Source: an uncultured virus (IMG/VR IMGVR_UViG_3300021185_002094)
Lineage: Duplodnaviria; Heunggongvirae; Uroviricota; Caudoviricetes
Strand: one strand, 5' to 3'
IMG/VR virus record: IMGVR_UViG_3300021185_002094
DNA: 64,000 bases
Part shown: positions 46,669-55,095 of the stretch, piece by piece
Position numbering within the stretch: position 1 is the stretch's first letter
Layout of the letters: each line of letters opens with the position of its first letter
Position numbers and translations under genes: made by a program
The notes under the pieces: model-generated
What the model saw: only the letters and a program-made list of their open reading frames with translations
What the model was told of the DNA's origin: nothing
Databases searched by the model: none

Positions 46669-47249
46669 TAATCATTCCCCACTATGTGTCTATAGATATC
46701 TTTCCATTTCCAATATCTTGGTATATCACCCTTATAAAAAGCATTATGGTCATGAGCTACAAGGATAGAATTAAGACCAAACCTTGCACCTGTTTCTGCA
46801 TTTTCTGGTTTATCTTCTACCCAGTAACAATTTGACCCTTGGTACTTTTTGAGCTCTTCATCTTTATCTGCACCACATGGTAAAAATATAAAATCGTCCC
46901 AGATTTCTTTACCAAATAGCAATTCTAAATTTTGTATTCTTAGTTTCTGAGCATATTTATTTGTAGATAAAGATGTAATACAATGGAATTTATATCCGTG
47001 TAACATATTTAATCTTTTCATATAATACACTGCATCTCTTAGAGGTGGTAAGAATGCAATTGCCGCAGACTCATTAAATTCTTCAACACACTTTTTACCA
47101 AACTCGGGTGTTATGTTAAATCTTTTTGCTACGTTATACTCGTTATACTTACTTGTAGGATATCCTTTATGGTTTATCCACTGAGTGAATGAATATTCCC
47201 AATCACAGAGAACACCATCGCAGTCTACTAAAACTATATTATCTTTCAT
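46668..47249 (-). CDS. HAD-superfamily 5'(3')-deoxyribonucleotidase-like phosphatase
   Basis: VLVDCDGVLCDW motif I, CITS motif II, WVEDKPEN motif IV; start taken at MKDNI. Confidence 0.8.
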   Translation of the reverse strand: MKDNIVLVDCDGVLCDWEYSFTQWINHKGYPTSKYNEYNVAKRFNITPEFGKKCVEEFNESAAIAFLPPLRDAVYYMKRLNMLHGYKFHCITSLSTNKYAQKLRIQNLELLFGKEIWDDFIFLPCGADKDEELKKYQGSNCYWVEDKPENAETGARFGLNSILVAHDHNAFYKGDIPRYWKWKDIYRHIVGND

Positions 47250-47254
47250 GTTAC

Positions 47255-47262
47255 TATTTATA
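47255..47262 (-). promoter_or_regulatory. T4-type late promoter
   Basis: TATAAATA 5 nt upstream of the ATG at 47249. Confidence 0.7.
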
Positions 47263-47263
47263 A

Positions 47264-47494
47264 TCAATGGAACACCACTTCCTTTCCATCTATTACTAAA
47301 CAAGAGATATGTAACTTGCCTATAGGATTCATAAATCCAAAGTTAGGTAATGAGTTACACATTTTATCCCAGTCTCCGACATTCTTTGATAATGCCAATT
47401 CTACTAACTCGCTAGGTACTGGTACTTCACATTCAGCATCATATTTAACCAATCCATTAATAATTGGATTTCCTTTTATAATAACTTTTTTCAT
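47264..47494 (-). CDS. hypothetical early protein
   Basis: 76 aa, AAGGAG RBS, behind an early promoter. Confidence 0.7.
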   Translation of the reverse strand: MKKVIIKGNPIINGLVKYDAECEVPVPSELVELALSKNVGDWDKMCNSLPNFGFMNPIGKLHISCLVIDGKEVVFH

Positions 47495-47527
47495 AATTTA
47501 ACTCCTTTTAACTAATTTTACTATACT

Positions 47528-47610
47528 ATTATAATACACTTTTATACAAATGTAAAGTGTTTTTTTAAAATTTTACATAAATGTAACAAAGTTGTAACAT
47601 AAATGTAACA
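47528..47610 (-). promoter_or_regulatory. early promoter with a triple TGTAACA box
   Basis: TTTACA-17-TATAAT (47528-47556); TGTAACA at 47582, 47593, 47604 and TTTTACA at 47571. Confidence 0.85.
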
Positions 47611-47616
47611 ATAGGT

Positions 47617-47814
47617 TTAGTTAAAGTGTTTATTAATTGTTTCTAGCTTATCTTCTGCCTCTGCGATCTTTGAGATCTGGGTTTCAATAGCTTCTACTAC
47701 ATCTGGATGTTCTCCAATACCCGCAGCATTTCTAGTATATACCATTACGTTTGCTTTGGCTACTTCAATTTCACCTTCTAGTTTTGCTTTAAGAGCTACT
47801 AATAAATAATTCAT
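47617..47814 (-). CDS. conserved hypothetical phage protein
   Basis: G.I..AKANV.VY..N..GIGEHPDVVEAI motif. Confidence 0.75.
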   Translation of the reverse strand: MNYLLVALKAKLEGEIEVAKANVMVYTRNAAGIGEHPDVVEAIETQISKIAEAEDKLETINKHFN

Positions 47815-48338
47815 GCTACAAAATCCTCCCCTGGATTCCAACTACAACCAGTAAGACCACCTGCCTTTAGTGCTTGTAAAGTTCTTAATACTTCATCAGC
47901 ATTTCTACCAGTATCTAATGCATTAACTGATACATGCTGAATTACTCTATTTTTATCCATGATAAAAGTTGCCCTATAACAAACCCCTTCCTCTGCATTA
48001 ACAATTCCTAACTGAGAAGATAAATCTAATCCACAATCTGCCGCTAGGGTATGTTGAATATTTCCAATGAGTTCATTAGATTGTTTCCAAGCTAGTTTAC
48101 AGAATTCATTATCTCCTGAAATACCAATTACGTTTGCCTCATCTACTAATTTATCCATTCCAGCAATTTCTGTGGGACAAATAAAGGTGAAGTCTTTTGG
48201 ATAAAAGTAAATTACTGACCAATCATGCTTTAATGGTTGATAATTTTCTTCTACTTTTACATTTACAAGCTGATTGTCTTTATCTACACCTTGTAAATTA
48301 AATGGTGGGAATTCATTCCCTACTCCTAATATATACAT
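47811..48338 (-). CDS. ahpC: peroxiredoxin (AhpC/TSA family)
   Basis: YFYPKDFTFICPTE, RATFI.D, GRNADEVLR.LQAL; start taken at MYILG after AGGAGG. Confidence 0.92.
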   Translation of the reverse strand: MYILGVGNEFPPFNLQGVDKDNQLVNVKVEENYQPLKHDWSVIYFYPKDFTFICPTEIAGMDKLVDEANVIGISGDNEFCKLAWKQSNELIGNIQHTLAADCGLDLSSQLGIVNAEEGVCYRATFIMDKNRVIQHVSVNALDTGRNADEVLRTLQALKAGGLTGCSWNPGEDFVA

Positions 48339-48348
48339 TTTTTTCCTC

Positions 48349-49041
48349 CTATTTTCCGAATACATTTTCCATGCGTTTTTCTTTTTGATACTGTTTAATA
48401 GTATCCCATAATTTATCAGTCCAGTTATCTCTGTGCTCGATAAAAACTTGTGGGTCCTCATTATCTACTGCAATCATAATTACAAGTTGAGTAATTGGCA
48501 TCCCTGTTCTTTCTTCCCACATAATTGCATACGCTGCACATTGTAAGAAGTAACCAGTAATCCATTCTTTCTTTTTAGGCTTACGTGATGTTTTATAATC
48601 AATGATAGAGTTTACCCCATTCCATACACCAACACAGTCTACTCTACCAGCTAGTTCTAAGTGTTGTGAATATAAAGGTGCCTCTTGAGAATAAACTTTA
48701 TTTAGGTTATTATCTAATATAGATTTTACATCTTGAAAGGATTGGATAATATGTGGCATATAACCTTCGGTATAGTTCGGGTCATTATCTACATACTTTT
48801 CAAGTATTGCGTGGACGGCTGTACCTCTGCTAGAGGCAACTCTACTAATCTTGTTTGCCTCTTCTTCACCTACTCGCGCTCTCCACGCTTGTATGTGCTC
48901 TCTACTTAATATAGAAAGTACAGTTGTAACACTGGGGTACTGTTTACCGTCCGGCGTCTTATATACCCTTCCTTTCCCTTCGGAAGTGGTCGCTTTTAAA
49001 TCTTCATAACCTAAGTCAATTGGTTCATGTATAAAGTTCAT
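48349..49041 (-). CDS. PD-(D/E)XK exonuclease
   Basis: YPSVTTVLS, RGTAVH..LE, LAGRVDC, IIDYKTS, YFLQC.AYA.M. Confidence 0.88.
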   Translation of the reverse strand: MNFIHEPIDLGYEDLKATTSEGKGRVYKTPDGKQYPSVTTVLSILSREHIQAWRARVGEEEANKISRVASSRGTAVHAILEKYVDNDPNYTEGYMPHIIQSFQDVKSILDNNLNKVYSQEAPLYSQHLELAGRVDCVGVWNGVNSIIDYKTSRKPKKKEWITGYFLQCAAYAIMWEERTGMPITQLVIMIAVDNEDPQVFIEHRDNWTDKLWDTIKQYQKEKRMENVFGK

Positions 49042-49733
49042 AATTTTCCTTGATCGACCAAATCTTTGGTCATTAAGAAATCTCTAACTAAGCCTGATCT
49101 TACAATGTCTTCCCATGTAAAATCAATAATGTCAAAGTATTTCATGTGTTTAAGAATATATAGAAAGCCATTTAAACCTTCTTTATCTTTCTCCGTTCTA
49201 AAGTCTGATTGATAATGATCTCCACATACTACTAACTTTGTATTGTTACCAAGTCTTGTAATAATGGAACATAATTCGTGGTAGTTACAGTTCTGAGCCT
49301 CATCAATTATAACAATTGCATTCTGAATAGTTAAGCCTCTTATATAAGATGTAGTAAGATATTCTATTGCTTTATTATTAATTAACTTATCCCATGCTCC
49401 TGTTTCTTCAAAGAGTTCATCAACGATAGCTTTATATGGTGCCTTATAAGCTTCTTCTTTCTCTTCCTGAGTCCCAGGTAAGAAGCCCATATCCCTAGTA
49501 GGTACTGCTGATCTTACATATATAATTTTTTCATAGGCATTAGATTTATCTAATACTTCTTCTAATGCAAGATAAGATGCAATAAATGTTTTACCTGTTC
49601 CTGCAGCACCTATGAGTGCCAGATGTTGACCTGACTTATATGATTGAAAGGCCTCTTTTTGATTTGCAGTAAGAGGTTCTCTTGTATGTAGATGTTCCAG
49701 TCGCAATTTATTTGGCCTAAATTGTGTACTCAT
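49038..49733 (-). CDS. phoH: PhoH-family ATPase
   Basis: GAAGTGKT, GFLPG, YIRGLT, IIDEAQN, IITRLG, GD..QSD, DIVRSGLV. Confidence 0.95.
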   Translation of the reverse strand: MSTQFRPNKLRLEHLHTREPLTANQKEAFQSYKSGQHLALIGAAGTGKTFIASYLALEEVLDKSNAYEKIIYVRSAVPTRDMGFLPGTQEEKEEAYKAPYKAIVDELFEETGAWDKLINNKAIEYLTTSYIRGLTIQNAIVIIDEAQNCNYHELCSIITRLGNNTKLVVCGDHYQSDFRTEKDKEGLNGFLYILKHMKYFDIIDFTWEDIVRSGLVRDFLMTKDLVDQGKL

Positions 49734-49978
49734 TTAGTTCGAATCCTATGTTTATCTTTGGGCGGCATACCCGATTTAATTCTATCCTGTACTTCTTTCC
49801 AGCCATCTCCTGCTTTAGAAAGTGCACCTTGTGTTCCCTTACTGCCAAGTTTAGGTGCTGTTAAGATAACTCTTTTAAGTTCTGGATTTTCTTTTAAGAA
49901 ATCATCATACTCCGATAAAGAGATATTGAGTTCTTTTACTTCTCCAGTCTTTATATTTTCAAAATCATATAGAGGCAT
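49730..49978 (-). CDS. FmdB-like small regulatory protein
   Basis: MPLYDFEN..TGE...L NP...GWKEV..RIK; typical phoH neighbour. Confidence 0.65.
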   Translation of the reverse strand: MPLYDFENIKTGEVKELNISLSEYDDFLKENPELKRVILTAPKLGSKGTQGALSKAGDGWKEVQDRIKSGMPPKDKHRIRTK

Positions 49979-50522
49979 AATTAAACCACCCCGGCACTTG
50001 TCTTTTAGTCCATTCCATTTTGAATCTCTCTTGTTTTGTTTTGTAAAATGCACGGTAAGATTTTACTGGATCTTCAAACATACATTCTGGATTAGAACCC
50101 ATGGCCAATTTAAATGGTGTATAATCTGCCATAGGAATATTTTTTGGTAGTAGTCCTAGCTCTAGGCCTAGTAACTCTTCTGTTTTGTGTATCTTACCAT
50201 ATCGGTAAGTATATTCTCTACATAAGGCCACAAAGTGTTCGTAATGCCATCTGTAGTTGGAAGAGGATTCTCTAGTCCAAACAGTGCATGGATGGTTCAT
50301 ATGTACTGCCTTGTACAATAGATTTTCTCGGTAACCATCTAGTTTCCAATACTTTACGTTTGTCTTACCTGACTTAGACTTTCTTGTTTCTATAGTACCA
50401 TCAAGCATTCTGTGCACTGTAGATAACATCTGTGCTGATTCTACAATCATCTTGACCACGTGTTTATCGCACTGATCTTGTGCTGCTTTGATAGGGTCTT
50501 CGTTTAAAATAAATATATTCAT
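49965..50522 (-). CDS. pyrimidine-dimer DNA glycosylase (DenV-like) family protein
   Basis: MNIF.L..DP..AAQ..CDKHVVKMIVESAQMLST.H, H.NHPCT.W.RES, L..EYT.RYGK.HK. Confidence 0.8.
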   Translation of the reverse strand: MNIFILNEDPIKAAQDQCDKHVVKMIVESAQMLSTVHRMLDGTIETRKSKSGKTNVKYWKLDGYRENLLYKAVHMNHPCTVWTRESSSNYRWHYEHFVALCREYTYRYGKIHKTEELLGLELGLLPKNIPMADYTPFKLAMGSNPECMFEDPVKSYRAFYKTKQERFKMEWTKRQVPGWFNYASI

Positions 50523-50560
50523 AGTATAATTTGGTTTACTTTCTTCTTTATATGAGTACT

Positions 50561-50589
50561 ATTATACTACATATCCGATAAAAAGTAAA
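50561..50589 (-). promoter_or_regulatory. sigma70-type early promoter
   Basis: TTTACT-17-TATAAT with TGTAG. Confidence 0.8.
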
Positions 50590-50621
50590 CCCCTTTTTAA
50601 AATTAATTTCGCAAAGGGGGT
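50589..50621 (-). terminator. stem-loop abutting the next promoter
   Basis: ACCCCCTTT...AAAGGGGT followed by TTACTTTT on the minus strand. Confidence 0.5.
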
Positions 50622-50640
50622 CACTTCATTAACCTCCTAC

Positions 50641-50799
50641 TTAACTGGCTTGCTGCATAAATCGAATTGTTTCTGTTATATAATCTGCTTTCTTTTGCAT
50701 CTTATATGCTAGATCCGATTTACCCTTCTTTAATAATCTCTTCTGATAGTATAATGTCTCTCGCTTATCTCGCTTTAGACGTTCAATTTCTTTACTCAT
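50641..50799 (-). CDS. small basic hypothetical protein
   Basis: AAGGAG RBS before MSKEIERL. Confidence 0.6.
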   Translation of the reverse strand: MSKEIERLKRDKRETLYYQKRLLKKGKSDLAYKMQKKADYITETIRFMQQAS

Positions 50800-50848
50800 A
50801 AACAGCTCCTTTAAATAAGTTGAAATTAAAACCATCATATAGAACACT

Positions 50849-51274
50849 CTACTTTGTTATCAAACCAGGAAACGTGTCCTGACAAAGTTTCTTCGTGACG
50901 CCAGTATATTTCATTTTCTTGTCTTTCGCTAATACCAACAATTTAGCTTCTGAAGCATGTAATGACTCCAATAGCTTAATGAACATTGATTCTCTTTTGA
51001 TAGGGTTAACACCTCTACCGGTTGGGCCATTAAAGAAAAATTTAAAACTTCTATATTTCTTATGTAACCTGACCATTTCTTTTCCGATAGGTGCATCGTC
51101 TGCTTTATAAGGAGGAGCTCCTTTAGGTAACAAACACACGATAGAATCATCATAATTGATTCTTATAATATCCCTTAATGCGGGACTTTCATTTTGCCTA
51201 AGAAAGGCAATTCTTTCTTTTTTAGTTTTTAGTTTACTTGCTTTTTCAAACACTTCACTTAATAATAATTTCAT
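50849..51274 (-). CDS. conserved hypothetical protein (rnh neighbour)
   Basis: LP.GAPPYK, KRE.MFI.LLE.LH..EA.LL...KDK motif. Confidence 0.75.
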   Translation of the reverse strand: MKLLLSEVFEKASKLKTKKERIAFLRQNESPALRDIIRINYDDSIVCLLPKGAPPYKADDAPIGKEMVRLHKKYRSFKFFFNGPTGRGVNPIKRESMFIKLLESLHASEAKLLVLAKDKKMKYTGVTKKLCQDTFPGLITK

Positions 51275-52130
51275 TGTTGTAAAATTCCTCCACTACTTCA
51301 ATCAATAATTTACATCTTTTCTTTATAAGATAATTTAGCACTTTCATCCTCATAGGAAGTTTTTGCTCGTTATAGTTATTTATAATACTTTTTTGAATGT
51401 CCTCAGGTATTTCAGTTAAGTCTATAAGTTTTTTATTACGTTGATAATTTCTATATAGCTCTTCTGGCATAATTCTTCTAAGGTCTTCTGCATTATTTAT
51501 CCACTCATCAATTCTAGTTTGTCTTAGTGGAGTTTGTTTGGCACCTTCTGTGATAAAGGTGTTATCTGCAGATAATACATTGGGAATTCCATCACCGCCA
51601 TCTCCTCTAAAGATATGATTCCAAAGATAAGTGATAGGAGCTTCATCTAATACTTGTTTCTTTTGAATTGGTGAAAACTGCTTTACATTTTTATATCTTT
51701 GTAACTGAATAAAATCTTTATCTGATGATATAATCATAACTGGTTCGTGTTGGCCAAACTCTTGGGTTTGCATAGCAAGTGTACCGATAATATCATCTGC
51801 CTCACAGCCTTCCATATGTAATACTTTATAAGGTAAGTTTTGGGAAATCTCTTCTCTAACTAAATTAAGTATTCTAAAGATTTCGTTCCAGTCTGTTCCA
51901 GTATCTTCACTTCTACCTTTTCTTCTATTGGCTTTATACTCTGGAAAATAATCTCTTCTCCATGTATTCATGCCGTCAGCACAGATCACCATTTGGCCGT
52001 ATTCACCACGATACTTTTTATTGTACATTCGAATACTGTTTAGTATCATGTGTCTTATCATATCTTCATCATTTAATTTTTGCACTATGATGTTGGATAG
52101 TGCGATCTGACTATAATCAAGTAATATCAT
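51255..52130 (-). CDS. rnh: RNase H / 5'-3' flap exonuclease (T4 type)
   Basis: MILLDYSQI, WRRDYFPEYKANR, EADDIIG, SSDKDFIQL, GDGGDGIPNVLS. Confidence 0.95.
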   Translation of the reverse strand: MILLDYSQIALSNIIVQKLNDEDMIRHMILNSIRMYNKKYRGEYGQMVICADGMNTWRRDYFPEYKANRRKGRSEDTGTDWNEIFRILNLVREEISQNLPYKVLHMEGCEADDIIGTLAMQTQEFGQHEPVMIISSDKDFIQLQRYKNVKQFSPIQKKQVLDEAPITYLWNHIFRGDGGDGIPNVLSADNTFITEGAKQTPLRQTRIDEWINNAEDLRRIMPEELYRNYQRNKKLIDLTEIPEDIQKSIINNYNEQKLPMRMKVLNYLIKKRCKLLIEVVEEFYNNEIIIK

Positions 52131-52482
52131 TATCTGTTGTATCTTCCTTAGCCAATGTGGCTTGCATTTTCTTAATTTTTATATAGGTATTATCCATATC
52201 TTTTTGGAGTTTATGGGGGATTTCAATATATCTAAGTAACATGGCATATATCATATTGACAATTACAAAAGCATCTCTACTCTCGCCATACTGTTCATCT
52301 TCTATATCGAATCCTTGCAACCAGCCATAGTCCATATATTCTATTTCTGCGGCCATTTGGTGCACTAGATGTTGTGCAATCTCTATAGATTCATTGGATA
52401 GAGTATCTACCAAGTCCTCGTGATTACCACTTTCATCTTGTTTAATTTCTTTTCCTGTCGGAAACTGTATTAACTTTCCCAT
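52117..52482 (-). CDS. hypothetical protein
   Basis: 121 aa starting MGKLIQFP, behind an early promoter. Confidence 0.65.
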   Translation of the reverse strand: MGKLIQFPTGKEIKQDESGNHEDLVDTLSNESIEIAQHLVHQMAAEIEYMDYGWLQGFDIEDEQYGESRDAFVIVNMIYAMLLRYIEIPHKLQKDMDNTYIKIKKMQATLAKEDTTDNDIT

Positions 52483-52491
52483 AATAGATAT

Positions 52492-52520
52492 ATTATACTA
52501 CAAATCCTTCTGCTTGTAAA
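52492..52520 (-). promoter_or_regulatory. sigma70-type early promoter
   Basis: TTTACA-17-TATAAT with TGTAG. Confidence 0.8.
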
Positions 52521-52527
52521 GTGTTTT

Positions 52528-52950
52528 TTATAAGTTTTTTACTGCATTACCGCCTAATCTTATCTGAATAATACCATTATAGTAATCATCAGTAAGTAAT
52601 ACATCGCGGTCAAACTGTTCTTTGGCCTCTAAGTAAGCACATTCGCCCTTGGTTTTACATAGATGGATGATCTCTCTGGTAAAGTTATCTTCTCCATACT
52701 TATCTATATCCTCTTGCAGATGTTTACTGGATCCCCAATACTTTCTCCAATCTGATTCGACCAAGAGTTTCTTACGGCGTTTTCTTTTCTTTGTTATGGG
52801 TAGAGTTTTCTGACTCCAAAAGAACTTCTTTCCAATATACTTCTGGTCTGTTTTCTTGTTCGTTATCAGATAAACAAAACCGTATGCGTCTTTGGGATTG
52901 AAGCCTTCGGGAGTTAACCATTCTGTGCCTTCGTAATGCCATTCATTCAT
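52528..52950 (-). CDS. GIY-YIG nuclease
   Basis: GFVYLITN....KYIGKK, YWGSS, F.REI..LC, E...QF, YYN. Confidence 0.85.
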   Translation of the reverse strand: MNEWHYEGTEWLTPEGFNPKDAYGFVYLITNKKTDQKYIGKKFFWSQKTLPITKKRKRRKKLLVESDWRKYWGSSKHLQEDIDKYGEDNFTREIIHLCKTKGECAYLEAKEQFDRDVLLTDDYYNGIIQIRLGGNAVKNL

Positions 52951-52958
52951 ACTTATAT

Positions 52959-53129
52959 TTAGTAGTTAAAATTTAATTCTTTTGAATCAGAATCTGGTTC
53001 AGTGGCTGTGCCACAAACTGGGCAGAATACATTATCTGGTTTTTCATCAGTAAAATGTATCTTGGTTTCTGAGTAGCAATATTCGCAGTTATGAGTATAC
53101 CAATGAGTAGGGTCTGAACTATTATACAT
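52959..53129 (-). CDS. small zinc-ribbon protein
   Basis: CEYC...FCPVCG; start taken at MYNSS. Confidence 0.6.
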   Translation of the reverse strand: MYNSSDPTHWYTHNCEYCYSETKIHFTDEKPDNVFCPVCGTATEPDSDSKELNFNY

Positions 53130-53349
53130 TACTATCAACCCATTCCTTAAGTTCTTGATATCCTCCGATATTATTTTCATTAACTTTTATTTGTGGGAAT
53201 GTTCTTGCTGTAGGAAAGATTTTAAATAATGCATCTCTATCAAAATCTTTATCCAGGGATTTATATGTATATTCTAATTTATGTTCAGTTACTAGGTTTA
53301 CTGCCATAACGCAGTATGGACAATTAGGTTTGCCATATATTTCTATCAT
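53122..53349 (-). CDS. nrdC: glutaredoxin
   Basis: IYGKPNCPYC, RTFPQI, IGGY. Confidence 0.93.
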   Translation of the reverse strand: MIEIYGKPNCPYCVMAVNLVTEHKLEYTYKSLDKDFDRDALFKIFPTARTFPQIKVNENNIGGYQELKEWVDSNV

Positions 53350-53540
53350 TGTACTACTCCATTTATTACCCAAAATGATAACAACATAAAACCAAACACT
53401 GCAACCTGTATGACTGCGGCCCAGAATATTTGCTTCATTGGGTGTACTTCTGTTAATTTTTCAATCCAAGATTCACTTGGGGAAAGATTTACGACCTGTA
53501 ATACCTTTTCGGGTTTAGTAAACCATGGTATATGTATCAT
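53346..53540 (-). CDS. small membrane protein
   Basis: 64 aa, C-terminal TM, ATGA coupling at both ends. Confidence 0.6.
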   Translation of the reverse strand: MIHIPWFTKPEKVLQVVNLSPSESWIEKLTEVHPMKQIFWAAVIQVAVFGFMLLSFWVINGVVQ

Positions 53541-54610
53541 AAACTCATTCCTTTTAATGTGGTATCATCCACATCTTGTTTTACTCCACCAACAACGTAT
53601 GAACTAATTTCGGTTTCTTGTGGTGCCACTTGGACATTACCACCACCGATCCACTTTTCCGTCCATGGTAAAGGATTCATTTTACTTACTGTATAAGGGC
53701 AAGGCAATCCAATTGCTCTCATTCTTTTACAGCCTATCCATTCTATATAGTCTTTTAGAATATTACAGTTAAGGCCAATCATTGAACCATCTTTAAAGAG
53801 ATAGTCTGCCCATGATTTCTCTTGTTCAATAACTGATTGATATAATTTAATTGCTTCTGGTTCTAATTCTTTTGCAATCTTTGCCATATCTTTATCTTCT
53901 TTTACTAGTTGTTTTAACATAGTAGTGGTTGAGGCAAGGTGGACATTTTCATCACGGGCAATAAACTTGATGATCTTGGCATTACCTTCCATCTTTTTAA
54001 GTTCTGCAAAGGCCCATGAACATGCAAAGGATACATAAAAACGTACACCTTCTAGAGCATTGGCACTTAACATAGCCATGTATAGTGATCTTTTATGATC
54101 CATCTTATTAGTAGGGCCATGATTTGCATCTATTAAGTCATCATAGTATTGTGCGATATCTTTACCACATTCCAATATTTCTTTTACATCCAATAGATTA
54201 TCGAAAACAGTAGAAGGATTAGCATATATGTTCCTAATAATATGAGTATAAGATCGTGAGTGGATAGTTTCAAAGAAACTCCATGTTTCAATCCAGTTTT
54301 CAACTTCTGGTAACGATGCGATAGGTAGAAACGCCATATTAGGAGCTCTGCCTTGAACAGAATCGAGTAGAATCTGCCTTTTAAGATTAGATGTAAAGAT
54401 ATGTTGTTCATGCTCAGTTAGCCCCTCAAAGTCCTTTTTATCTTTTGAAATATCTACCTCTTCTGGTCTCCAGAAGAATCCTAATTGCTTTTCTGTTATC
54501 TTATCCAATTGTGGATATTTTAATATATCGAACCGTTGTACATCTACTGCTTCATCTAAAAACATATTTTTATTTAGATGTGATTTTTTGTTCTTGCTCA
54601 AAACTGTCAT
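53537..54610 (-). CDS. nrdB: class Ia ribonucleotide reductase beta subunit
   Basis: FFWRPEEVD, LLDSVQGR, ETIHSRSYTHI, LEGVRFYVSFACS, IARDENVH, VAPQETE. Confidence 0.97.
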   Translation of the reverse strand: MTVLSKNKKSHLNKNMFLDEAVDVQRFDILKYPQLDKITEKQLGFFWRPEEVDISKDKKDFEGLTEHEQHIFTSNLKRQILLDSVQGRAPNMAFLPIASLPEVENWIETWSFFETIHSRSYTHIIRNIYANPSTVFDNLLDVKEILECGKDIAQYYDDLIDANHGPTNKMDHKRSLYMAMLSANALEGVRFYVSFACSWAFAELKKMEGNAKIIKFIARDENVHLASTTTMLKQLVKEDKDMAKIAKELEPEAIKLYQSVIEQEKSWADYLFKDGSMIGLNCNILKDYIEWIGCKRMRAIGLPCPYTVSKMNPLPWTEKWIGGGNVQVAPQETEISSYVVGGVKQDVDDTTLKGMSL

Positions 54611-54621
54611 TAATTTTTCCT

Positions 54622-55083
54622 TTAATTTATTCCTAATTTATATACCGTCTTACCATTTTCTTTTAGGGCAGTCATGGACTTCTGCCTGTTTTCTTTTGGG
54701 TTCTTATAAGATACGTGAACCCATCCACTATCTGGAATTCCTTTAGTATGGAATTCTAAAATAAGTTGATCAAACTTTAAGTTATCTCTAATCCATTCTG
54801 CAACTTCAACATTAGAAACACCTGGACATTCTATATCTACTGCCTCACCTAAACAATGTTGAGATGTTTTAGAACCTCCTACAGCCGTATTAAGTGCAGG
54901 GCCTCTATACCCAGAATTAATTACTGTTGGCCCAAAGTGATCACGCACCGGTTGTACTACCCATTTAAATAAATCTTTCGCATTACTTAAATGTGATCTA
55001 TTAGGTTCATTGTCTAACCCTAATCTAGTAGCAGTCTGCGACTTTGTAAACTCCTGAAGAGTAAAATTTTTTGATAATCTCAT
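54622..55083 (-). CDS. peptidase M15A (zinc D-Ala-D-Ala carboxypeptidase-like), putative endolysin
   Basis: LSKNFTL.EF, NSGYR...LN.AVGGS.TSQH..GEAVD, FDQLILE, WVHVS. Confidence 0.9.
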   Translation of the reverse strand: MRLSKNFTLQEFTKSQTATRLGLDNEPNRSHLSNAKDLFKWVVQPVRDHFGPTVINSGYRGPALNTAVGGSKTSQHCLGEAVDIECPGVSNVEVAEWIRDNLKFDQLILEFHTKGIPDSGWVHVSYKNPKENRQKSMTALKENGKTVYKLGIN

Positions 55084-55095
55084 TATCTTTCCTTT

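Noticed and set aside
47571..47610. Short repeats as a mini-CRISPR array
   Set aside because: 7-bp units with 4-bp spacers; no cas genes. The nearby PD-(D/E)XK nuclease is a common phage exonuclease.
47811..48461. Long N-terminal extensions in the ORF track (peroxiredoxin, lysozyme, HAD, lipase)
   Set aside because: Internal ATGs with an RBS or promoter coincide with the family N-termini; the extensions overlap upstream genes.
52528..52950. GIY-YIG gene as a mobile homing endonuclease or intron
   Set aside because: Short, catalytic domain only, no DNA-binding extension; nrdA and nrdB are uninterrupted.
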